Shown piece by piece: positions 25,950-34,540 of a stretch of DNA of 64,000 nt. Made by a program: the position numbers and the translations under genes. Every line of letters starts with the position of its first letter. Positions within the stretch are counted from its first letter, which is position 1. The notes under the pieces were generated by a model. That model was not told the origin of the DNA. It was given only the letters and a program-made list of their open reading frames with translations, and searched no databases. Source of the DNA: Anaerolineae bacterium (GTDB lineage: Bacteria; Chloroflexota; Anaerolineae; Aggregatilineales; Phototrophicaceae); assembly GCA_022842885.1 (NCBI GenBank), contig JALHOR010000015.1, forward strand, positions 2,219 to 66,218, in the 5' to 3' direction.

Positions 25950-28900
25950 TCATGCTTCTGGGTTGTGCAGGAAATACCCCACCCGTGACCGAGTTTGAAT
26001 ATAACTTTCGCCTTTGGCAAATTCAACTTTACGGCGCAGGCGACTCATGTTCACCCATAGGTATTCTTTGTTATCGCGGCAATCCGGTCCCCAAACTTCT
26101 GTGAGAAGTTCTTCATGTCGGATAACTGTTCCGGGATTAATCGCCAGAATTCGCAGCAGTTCATATTCAATGCGCGTTAAATCTAGCGGCTTACTCTCCA
26201 AAAATACCTCGCGGGTGTTCAAATCAATATGCAGTTTGCCAATCTGCACGGGTTCTTGGGTACGTTCCGATGTGGAAGTACGGCGCACCAAGTTTTCAAT
26301 TTTTGCCATCAACGCCATCACTTCCGATGGGTCAGTGGTAATGTTCAGGTAATCGTTCACGCCGATAGACAGCGCCGTTACTTTTTGTTTGACATTCGGA
26401 TTATCCGACAAAATTAACACAGGCAGTTTGGTCGTATCACGCAAGCGGCGGCAAACTGTCATACAATCGGCATCATTGGGCGTGGCATCCACCAGAATAA
26501 TATCATATGCCCGCGATTTGACTGCCCACTGCACATCTTCCAACGATGTACACTCATAAACGTGGTCGCTGCCATATTGGCTCATCATCACCGGAAGAAC
26601 GCGCTGCCACAAACGCGATGTACCGCGCAAAACAATAATACCTTGCAATTCGGGCGCAGGTGCTGCATACGAGACTTCGGGCAATGCCAACGTTACAGGA
26701 ACTTCTGGTTCTACAGGGCGCGGCAATATCATCGTCAAAACGGTGCCTTTGCCGGGAATATTATGCGCTTCTAGGGGGCTGCCATGTTTGTTAATCACTG
26801 CCCGCGCCAAATACATGCGAAGATGGGTAATACCATCTTGGAACGAATACTCACCCAATTCAGTTGGTTGGAATACTTGGCGATAACCATCGGCTGGAAT
26901 CACATATAAATCATTGCTGATACTCAGGCGTACACCGCCCTGTTTATCCACTTCTGCCCGGATAGTAGTGATTGTTCCATGTGGCACACTCTCGCTAATG
27001 GTATAGAGAATACGCGCAATCGCCCGTGCCATCCGATTCATATCCACCTGCACCAGCGGCACATTGTTGGGGATGCGAAATTCAAAGTCGCGCCGCTGCC
27101 GCTGCAAAATTCGCAGTTCAAAAACTTTTTCAATCAAATCTGACACACTGATTTCCGTCATGGAAAGGGTCATGGTTTTGTTTTGCAGGTCTTGGAGTTT
27201 CAGCAAATCTTCCCACAACTGTTCCAGATAATGAATCTGGCTTTGCAAACGGGTAATCAACTGCCGCCGAATATCCGTATCTAAGCGTTCATAGCGTTCC
27301 AGCAGCGTATCAATGAGGCTGTTTGCCTGAGCATATGGCAACCGGATATATCCAGCAAGTTGGTCAATGACGGACACAGGCATTTCTACTGGCGTGTTAT
27401 CCTGCTGTATCACCCGCACAATGCCTAACCAAGTAGCAGTATTGCCTTCATTGCGGTAGCGTGTCATCACCAATTCAACGCGCAACAAACATTGTAACCG
27501 CTGCGATGGAATCTCAAACTGATAGCGGTCTTCGCCATACGCTTCTGGGTCGCCTTCCAGACCTTGTTGCAACACATTCATAAATTGACGCAAGGTGTCA
27601 TTAAAATCATCCGCGCATTCTGCCAACCGCCGGAATAAGACACTGCCACTTTGCCCCACAATATCATCATGCGGTATCGCCGTTAGGGCGCTGAGTTGTG
27701 GATTGGCAAAAAGCACATGATTATCTTTATCAATGAAGAACACGCCTTCGGAAATACTGCGAAGAATTGTCTCTAGGTCATGGCTTTTTTGATCCATCAA
27801 CCGCATAAAATTGATATGTTCCAGAATTTGCCCGGCAATTTTGAGCAAATTTTCAAACAGTTCTAGCTCGGTATCATCCAAACTGCTGCCGGGAGTCAGG
27901 CTAATCGCCAGCGTTCCATTGATATTCTTGGCGCTGAAGATGGGCATAAAAATTAAATAACTGCCGCGCATCAAGTTAAACAAGCGCACCGCATTGGTAC
28001 CCGGTAATTGCTGCGGTCCCATTAAAATCGGCTGCAAATCAGCATGAAACTGCTTCAAAATTTGGTTCAGTTCGCGGCTATCGCGCAAGGTCGCAAACGC
28101 TTGGGTAACATTATCGCTGCCAGCACTGATGATATCTTGCTCGCAGCCTTCTAATGTAAACGCTGCCAACCACACTAAGCCTTGCTGCACATAGGGAAGT
28201 TCCACGACCAAATCATGCAAAGTATCCGCCACTTGGTGATAATCTTGCAGATGTGCCAACCGCTTCCATGCTTCCAGCAAAATATGATTATGCCGTTCTT
28301 GGCTTTGGTAACGCTCGTAACGATGCACCGTAGAGAAGGCAATCGTAAAATGACTTGCCAATACACTAAAAATATGAATATCCGTTTGGGTGAACAATTC
28401 GGCATAGCGACTGAATAACACCAACGTGCCAATCGCTTTAGCATGATAGGTGAGGGGCATAATCAACGCCCGTTGGGCATCTGGCAGCACCGGGCTGGCA
28501 ACGTAACCGGGCGTATTGGCAATATCGCCAAGTTGCTTAGGCTTACGGTCTACCATGACCGACAGCATCACATCATTCGATTGCAAATAAACGCGCCCAG
28601 AATGAAAACGATTCTTACCCGCCCCGCCCCGCAAACTAAAGATTTTGAATGCTTCATCTTTAATCAGGATGGTCGCCCCATACAGATTATAGGTATTGCA
28701 CAACTTATCCAAAAAATCATGAATGAAATTGGCATTTTGCGCCATGCCATGCACCACATTCAGCATCTCTGCTAGCCGGTTAAAGCTATCCAACGAGACA
28801 CCCTGTGTTGTAACATCCACCCGGAATAAGTTGCTGACCTGTTCTTTAAAAAGCGTCGAAGTCATTTCACCGGGCAGTACATTATCCATGCCCACACCCA

Positions 28901-29183
28901 ATGCCAACAGACGGCGATAATCGCTCACATTCATCTGATGTGCGACGAACCACACCGGCACATCGGGGTATAAGCGGCGTACCTGCTCTACCTGCCATAG
29001 TGCATCATAGTCGCCACTGGCAACCACCACTAACAAGTTATAGCGTTCATGTTGGGCAGTATCGAGCGCACGGTCAAAGGGTGATTGAATAACAATGTGA
29101 TAGTAATCAGTGATAGATTCATCAAGCCAAGCGGGTGTGCCATGGCTGATAACAAGAATTGAACCAAAACGTGTTGTAATCAC
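25950..29183 (-). CDS. Fused multidomain regulator: pseudo-receiver, GAF region, PAS, degenerate HisKA/HATPase-like region, receiver, OmpR/PhoB-type winged-helix
   Basis: C-terminus IGKLHIDLNTREVFLESKPLDLTRIEYELLRIL..LWVNMSRLRRKVE..IQTRSRVGYFL is an OmpR-type wHTH. It is preceded by a REC (YDIILVDATPND, PVLILSD). PAS-like ILRSISEGVFFIDKDNHVLFANPQ. The H-box position reads AGYIRLPYAQA, with no His. Confidence 0.85.
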   Translation of the reverse strand: MITTRFGSILVISHGTPAWLDESITDYYHIVIQSPFDRALDTAQHERYNLLVVVASGDYDALWQVEQVRRLYPDVPVWFVAHQMNVSDYRRLLALGVGMDNVLPGEMTSTLFKEQVSNLFRVDVTTQGVSLDSFNRLAEMLNVVHGMAQNANFIHDFLDKLCNTYNLYGATILIKDEAFKIFSLRGGAGKNRFHSGRVYLQSNDVMLSVMVDRKPKQLGDIANTPGYVASPVLPDAQRALIMPLTYHAKAIGTLVLFSRYAELFTQTDIHIFSVLASHFTIAFSTVHRYERYQSQERHNHILLEAWKRLAHLQDYHQVADTLHDLVVELPYVQQGLVWLAAFTLEGCEQDIISAGSDNVTQAFATLRDSRELNQILKQFHADLQPILMGPQQLPGTNAVRLFNLMRGSYLIFMPIFSAKNINGTLAISLTPGSSLDDTELELFENLLKIAGQILEHINFMRLMDQKSHDLETILRSISEGVFFIDKDNHVLFANPQLSALTAIPHDDIVGQSGSVLFRRLAECADDFNDTLRQFMNVLQQGLEGDPEAYGEDRYQFEIPSQRLQCLLRVELVMTRYRNEGNTATWLGIVRVIQQDNTPVEMPVSVIDQLAGYIRLPYAQANSLIDTLLERYERLDTDIRRQLITRLQSQIHYLEQLWEDLLKLQDLQNKTMTLSMTEISVSDLIEKVFELRILQRQRRDFEFRIPNNVPLVQVDMNRMARAIARILYTISESVPHGTITTIRAEVDKQGGVRLSISNDLYVIPADGYRQVFQPTELGEYSFQDGITHLRMYLARAVINKHGSPLEAHNIPGKGTVLTMILPRPVEPEVPVTLALPEVSYAAPAPELQGIIVLRGTSRLWQRVLPVMMSQYGSDHVYECTSLEDVQWAVKSRAYDIILVDATPNDADCMTVCRRLRDTTKLPVLILSDNPNVKQKVTALSIGVNDYLNITTDPSEVMALMAKIENLVRRTSTSERTQEPVQIGKLHIDLNTREVFLESKPLDLTRIEYELLRILAINPGTVIRHEELLTEVWGPDCRDNKEYLWVNMSRLRRKVEFAKGESYIQTRSRVGYFLHNPEA

Positions 29184-30011
29184 GACTAACCCCCTAGAAC
29201 GGAGCAGAACGATGGGGATGGCGAACCTTACAAAATACCAACTTTTCCTAAAAAAACTCTCGTGAATTTATAGTAAAAAGATGGGTTTGTGAGCCGCTGC
29301 ATCCAAATAACTGGCTAGCAAGGGAAAAACGCCCTTTTTTCCTTACAATCGTAAATACATCTTGACACTCAGTCCACTAAAAACTAAATTAACATAATTT
29401 ACGACGTTTAGCAAGAGGTCGGCGAAAGTATTTTTAGGTTTTTTGCACATTTCGATATTAATAAACAAAATTACCTTGCAATTTTTGCGGCGTTAGTTTT
29501 AGTAATATACACACAAAACACCAACGCGATAAAAACATCTTGCTCAACATATCTTTTTTTGCCCAAAGTCGCCTAACACAAGACTCTTTCTGAGAAGCGT
29601 TCATAACAAATTTTTAATCATCCCAGATGCAGTTAGCGAGGCTTTTCCTAACAGAAATTTATTTTTAAGATGCGTTTAAAAGTATTTCTTAATTTTTGTG
29701 GCAGATTAGTGAATGTTCTTCGCATCTTAAATAACAATGACAATGAAACAACAAGCAACTTGTAAACACTCTTTTAGTTTCACGTAATGTAATGAGGATT
29801 ACAGTAGTGTCAGCGGCAATATAGGTTATCACTATCATTCATGCTGCTACCCTTAACACACTATCCCAATTTTGGGATGTTCTGTATACTTTTATGACAT
29901 ACAGGCAAAATTCCCTTAACATTTATCCAGTATAGTGTAGGTGCTGGTCATTAATTCTTATTGCAGCCAACACTAACCATCATCAAATCGTCAGGGAAAA
30001 AGGCAAAAGTT

Positions 30012-31775
30012 ATGAATGGCAATGGGATGTTAGCCAGTAAAAACAATCGGCAGGGTAAGGTTGTCAATTATCCAGCTAATATGCGGGTCAGTGGGGATGA
30101 TACTATGCAAGAACGCGCCGCCCTTCCCGGCAATGAGGGAGACTTCCGAATGCCTGATGAGTTAGAAACTGTACCCATTCGGGAAACACTCACCAATACC
30201 GTTCCTTTGGATAGCACCCCAGCAGCAATTTTGTTAGATGAACTCTTGGCACGCTTGCAAGCAGCTAAAGCAGCAGAAGAAGAACGACTACCACAAACTG
30301 TCACAGAAATTCGGGAAACACCGACCGTTAAAGAAAATCTGCTGCGCTATTATGGCATCAAATTGGCTGTCTTATCGTATGCATCTGATTTAGTTTTGGT
30401 GGCATTAGCCCTTTTTTTCACCTTTGAGTCCAATGGCATCAGTTTTTTTGGGAACTTCATCGCGCTGCTGCCTGTGACTATCCCAGCATTGCTCGCATGG
30501 TCAGTCGCGTCCATCTACTTGGGTGTTTATAACCCAGATGAAACACGCTTTTTGCCTAATGAGCTTAAGAATGTTTTCATCAGCGTTGCAGCGATGACAT
30601 TGACATTCGCCGGGATTGAGTATCTGCTTGGATTTGTCAATCTTCTGCCAGTGAATTTTGCGATGCAATTCGCAGTCAGTAGCGTCATCATGTTCTTTGG
30701 GATGCGCCTAGCGTTACGCGCATATTACACAATGACCGGCAAAGCCCGTTATCCTGTTCGCAAAGCCCTCATCGTTGGCACGAACCCATTAGGAGAGCAA
30801 ACGGCACAAGTCATTGAGAAATATACGTGGTCAGGCATTTCAGTCGCAGGTTTCGTCGGGCCCAATGCCAAAGAACGCTATGGCGGGTATCCGGTTCTGG
30901 GGAACATCTACATTGATATTGCCGAAATTGTGACGAAAAATAATATCACTGAGATTTTCATCACCCTGCCCCACAAAGAAAGCCATTACATCCAAGACAT
31001 CATCCTCTCACTCCAGCATACTGCCGTGTATATTTATGCCGTGCCGGATAGCTTGACCTTGAGCTTGTACCAAGCTACGAGCAGTGTACCGGAAGAAAAA
31101 GCCCGCAGCGTAGACCTGAAACACGACGCAGCCGAAGTTCACTTTATCAACTTACGTGCGCCTATGTTGACGGCACGCCAATATATCCTGAAGCGGTTGA
31201 TGGATATTATGATTAGCGCAAGCATTATTCTGATGACTTCGCCTATCATGATTTTAACAGCCATCGCGATTAAACTCGATTCACCCGGACCCATCATCTA
31301 CAAATCGAAACGTATGGGTGAAAATGGGCGCGTCTTCAATATGTATAAATTCCGGTCTATGTGCCAAGATGCCGATGTGCGCCAAAAAGATATTATCAAA
31401 CGGGATAAAGATGGCAACATCATTCACAAATCTACCAACGATTCGCGTGTGACCCGTGTTGGCAAGTTTATCCGTAAAACCAGTATTGATGAACTGGCGC
31501 AAATGTTCAACATCTTCAAAGGCGATATGTCGCTGGTGGGACCGCGCCCGGAATTACCCATGCTGGTGTATGATTATCAAACTTGGCAATTTGCCCGTTT
31601 CGCTGTGCCACAAGGCTTAACCGGATGGTGGCAAGTCAACGGACGTAGCTCCAAATTGATGCATCTGCATACCGAATATGACCTGTACTATGTGCAGAAT
31701 TATTCGCTGATGTTGGACGTGAAAATTTTGTGGAAGACCATCCCAGCGGTGGTGAAGCGTAGCGGTGCATTCTAA
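30012..31775 (+). CDS. Polyprenyl-phosphate glycosyl-1-phosphate transferase (WbaP/EpsL-type initiating sugar transferase)
   Basis: N-terminal TM bundle, a Rossmann-like KALIVGTNPLGEQTA, and a C-terminal bacterial sugar-transferase domain (KLDSPGPIIYKSKRMGENGRVFNMYKFRSM, KGDMSLVGPRPE). Start is uncertain: the track gives TTG at 29961, and ATG at 30012 is used here. Confidence 0.85.
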   Translation: MNGNGMLASKNNRQGKVVNYPANMRVSGDDTMQERAALPGNEGDFRMPDELETVPIRETLTNTVPLDSTPAAILLDELLARLQAAKAAEEERLPQTVTEIRETPTVKENLLRYYGIKLAVLSYASDLVLVALALFFTFESNGISFFGNFIALLPVTIPALLAWSVASIYLGVYNPDETRFLPNELKNVFISVAAMTLTFAGIEYLLGFVNLLPVNFAMQFAVSSVIMFFGMRLALRAYYTMTGKARYPVRKALIVGTNPLGEQTAQVIEKYTWSGISVAGFVGPNAKERYGGYPVLGNIYIDIAEIVTKNNITEIFITLPHKESHYIQDIILSLQHTAVYIYAVPDSLTLSLYQATSSVPEEKARSVDLKHDAAEVHFINLRAPMLTARQYILKRLMDIMISASIILMTSPIMILTAIAIKLDSPGPIIYKSKRMGENGRVFNMYKFRSMCQDADVRQKDIIKRDKDGNIIHKSTNDSRVTRVGKFIRKTSIDELAQMFNIFKGDMSLVGPRPELPMLVYDYQTWQFARFAVPQGLTGWWQVNGRSSKLMHLHTEYDLYYVQNYSLMLDVKILWKTIPAVVKRSGAF

Positions 31776-31811
31776 GTTTAAACATGATATAGTTTGAATA
31801 TCTAACAGACC

Positions 31812-31832
31812 AATGGGCAAATTTTGCCCATT
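31812..31832 (+). terminator. Hairpin between the initiating transferase and the rest of the EPS operon (possible attenuator or partial terminator)
   Basis: AATGGGCAAA-t-TTTGCCCATT perfect dyad followed by atctgtttc. The T-tract is weak. Confidence 0.3.
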
Positions 31833-31906
31833 ATCTGTTTCAGGTGCAGACTAACCTTTTTCAAACGGTCAGACAACATAATTCTATCAAAAACAGGTGG
31901 TGAGGC

Positions 31907-33139
31907 ATGGCAAAACGGGACAAACTGCGCGTGGGCATGGTCGTACACGCTTATTATCTGCGCGACGCCCGTGTGATTCGGTATGCAGAAGCCCTCTCGC
32001 AAGCTGGGCATGAAGTCACAGTCATCTGCTTGCAAGACCCCAACGAACCCCAAGTGGAACATGTTAATGGGGTAGAAATTCAGCGCGTGAAGTTTGAACG
32101 GCGGCGGGGTGGCAAATTATGGTACATCATGGAATATGTGTGGGCATTTGCGCTGTTCTTTGTGCGCTTGACGCAGTTAGAACTGAAGCAACATTTTGAT
32201 GTGATTCATGTGCATAATATGCCCAATTTTCTGGTTTTTACGGGCATTGTCCCGCGCTTACGGGGCGCCCCTATCCTACTGGATTTGCATGACCCCATGC
32301 CAGAATTGTTCATCTCCAAATATGACCTTGAAAGTGGTCTTTTTATCAAACTTTTGGAGATAGAAGAACGTATCTGCTTAACCTTCGCGCAGCACCTCAT
32401 CACGGTAGATCAATCCTTCAAAGATATTTTTATCCGGCGGCATATTCGCGGGGATAAAATTAGTCTTGTCCGCAACATGCCAGATGAACGCTTCCAGCGT
32501 GCCGGGCAAACCTTACACACGATTGAACGCCCTAAAGATAAATTTGTCATCATCTACGCCGGCACCATCGCGGAACGCTACCAACTTGATAATGTGATTC
32601 GCGCGGTGGTCATTGCGAGCAAAGACGTTCCCAATATTCATCTGCGGTTAGTGGGCAAACTCGATAAAGAAGGTGCCTATACGCAGCAGCTTTTTGATTT
32701 GGTCAAAGAACTCAAAGCCGAAGACCGGATTGAATTTCATCCGCCTGTCCCCTTAGACGATATTCCGCGGTTGCTACAACAAGCCCATTTGGGGATTGAA
32801 CCTTCGCGCCATGACCCATATACCGATTATGTACTGCCGTTAAAGCTGCTTGAATGTGTGGCGGTTGGGATTCCTAATTTGGTATCACGCCGTCCAACGA
32901 TTGAAAATTACTTCGGTCCCGAAGCAGTGGCATATTTTGACCCAAGCAGCGTAGACGATATGGCAGCTAAAATGGTGGAATTGGCACAAAATCCAGAAAA
33001 ACTAACCACCATGGCACGCAATGCCCGCCTTATCTTCGATAAATACAATTGGTCAACCGAAAAAGCAACCTATTTTCAGGTGCTGCATCAATTGACTGGC
33101 ACACCTATTCAGACGGTGGCAGAAGCCTCACTGTCGTAA
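31907..33139 (+). CDS. Glycosyltransferase (GT-B, GT4-like)
   Basis: N-terminal RVGMVVHAYY..., C-terminal LPLKLLECVAVGIPNLVS motif. GGTGGTGAGG SD. Confidence 0.8.
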   Translation: MAKRDKLRVGMVVHAYYLRDARVIRYAEALSQAGHEVTVICLQDPNEPQVEHVNGVEIQRVKFERRRGGKLWYIMEYVWAFALFFVRLTQLELKQHFDVIHVHNMPNFLVFTGIVPRLRGAPILLDLHDPMPELFISKYDLESGLFIKLLEIEERICLTFAQHLITVDQSFKDIFIRRHIRGDKISLVRNMPDERFQRAGQTLHTIERPKDKFVIIYAGTIAERYQLDNVIRAVVIASKDVPNIHLRLVGKLDKEGAYTQQLFDLVKELKAEDRIEFHPPVPLDDIPRLLQQAHLGIEPSRHDPYTDYVLPLKLLECVAVGIPNLVSRRPTIENYFGPEAVAYFDPSSVDDMAAKMVELAQNPEKLTTMARNARLIFDKYNWSTEKATYFQVLHQLTGTPIQTVAEASLS

Positions 33140-33178
33140 GTAAACCGTCCGTCAGTTTAGTTCATATAGGACAGCGTA

Positions 33179-34534
33179 ATGAAACTGGTAGACTATATTG
33201 AAATTTTGTGGCGGCGCAAATGGATTATTGCGCTGGTGGTCTTGGTGGTTCTGCCTGTCGTCATCCTCGCCAGCCGACGATTGACGTATACCTACATGAC
33301 GAGCGCCAAAATTCGCATCATTACCCCCACCTATGGCACAGATGTCTGGGTCGGGTTTGATGTACGTTATGCGGAACGTTTGACGACGACCTATGTCGAA
33401 ATTGCCAAAACCGACCCAGTGATTAACAAATTATTGGCACGCCTCAACATTGAGAGCAAAGATTTACCGAAGTTGGATGTGCGGTTGATGCCGGGGAGCG
33501 AAATCATCGAAATTAGCGCAGAAGGCAAAAGCCCGGAAATCGCCCAAGGGGCTGCCAACGAACTCGCGGATATTATGGTTTCGCAAGAAGTGCGTTTTGA
33601 ATATGTCAATGTCATCACCGAAGACCGCAAAGCCGGGTTAGTGGTCGAAAAAGCCGGGCTACCCAGCCAAAAACGTGGGCTTAACGCCACCACCTTTATC
33701 ATGATCGGGGCAGTCATGGGGTTAGTCGGGGGTGTTGGGGTCGCCTTATTGTTTGAAAGTCTGGATACGCGCTTGCATACCGTCCGCCATATCGTGGGTG
33801 TCACTCGTTTGCCGCTATTGGGGACGATTCCTAGTCTTAAACGCAGCAAAGATAGCAAAAAAGAGACTTCCTGTGATAACGCTTTGCGCTTGGCGCTGCG
33901 CCTATTTCCGCCGGATAATGCCAATTCCCATACTATTTTGATGCTCGTGAGTGCGTTGCCCGCTGAGGGGCGCAGCACCGTTGTAGCAGAATTAGCATTG
34001 GCAATTGCGGACACTGGGCGCAGTGTGGTCATGGTGGATGCTAATTTACGCAACCCCGCTTTGCATGAATTGTTCAAACTGGAAAACACGCACGGTCTCA
34101 GCGACCTCCTGCAAAATAATGGTCAGCTTAGTGAGCTAATCCAAGTCATTGCCACCGACAAACCCTTGAGTTTGTTGACGGGTGGCACAGCCCTAGCCCA
34201 ACCTGCCCGTTTGTTGACAAGCGATGGTTTTAAGAAAATCTTAGATGACTTAACATCAAAATTTGATGTTGTCCTCATAGATACGCCGCCCTTAGTTGCC
34301 GCTTCGGATGCGTTGTTCATGGCAAAACAGGTGAGCGCGGTTATCCCGCTTTTAAGCCGAGGACAAACGCCGCGTCCGGCATTCCAAGAGTTGTATCAGC
34401 AGTTTGTAGAAAACGGCGCGAGTATCCCCGGTTTTATTATCAACCGAGCGCCCAAACAACTCACTTTGGGCAGTTATGCGGCTGCCCAAGCCCATAACGA
34501 CACGATCATCCGCCAAACCGTCGGCTTACAATAA
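33179..34534 (+). CDS. Wzz-type chain-length determinant fused to a BY-kinase-like P-loop domain (Walker A Lys replaced by Arg)
   Basis: Wzz N-terminus (YIEILWRRKWIIALVVLVV) and a second TM at about residues 172-195. P-loop SALPAEGRST (Arg codon 33971-33973) and Walker A' VVLIDTPP. No C-terminal Tyr cluster. Confidence 0.8.
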   Translation: MKLVDYIEILWRRKWIIALVVLVVLPVVILASRRLTYTYMTSAKIRIITPTYGTDVWVGFDVRYAERLTTTYVEIAKTDPVINKLLARLNIESKDLPKLDVRLMPGSEIIEISAEGKSPEIAQGAANELADIMVSQEVRFEYVNVITEDRKAGLVVEKAGLPSQKRGLNATTFIMIGAVMGLVGGVGVALLFESLDTRLHTVRHIVGVTRLPLLGTIPSLKRSKDSKKETSCDNALRLALRLFPPDNANSHTILMLVSALPAEGRSTVVAELALAIADTGRSVVMVDANLRNPALHELFKLENTHGLSDLLQNNGQLSELIQVIATDKPLSLLTGGTALAQPARLLTSDGFKKILDDLTSKFDVVLIDTPPLVAASDALFMAKQVSAVIPLLSRGQTPRPAFQELYQQFVENGASIPGFIINRAPKQLTLGSYAAAQAHNDTIIRQTVGLQ

Positions 34535-34540
34535 ACGAGC

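Noticed and set aside
29184-30011. 828-bp AT-rich spacer searched for a small ORF, riboswitch or sRNA
   Set aside because: I recognised no conserved riboswitch core or convincing SD-led small ORF by eye. I report only the CCTT[AG]CAA motifs and the ATCCCAA dyad. A promoter call (TATAGT at 29931) lacked a credible -35.
33391-34089. Long antisense ORFs in the EPS and ABC genes (33391-34089, 35053-35649, 48181-48969, 55249-55803, 56664-57155, 60837-61367)
   Set aside because: Each lies wholly inside a motif-supported gene on the other strand and has a featureless, Arg/Ser/Pro-rich translation.
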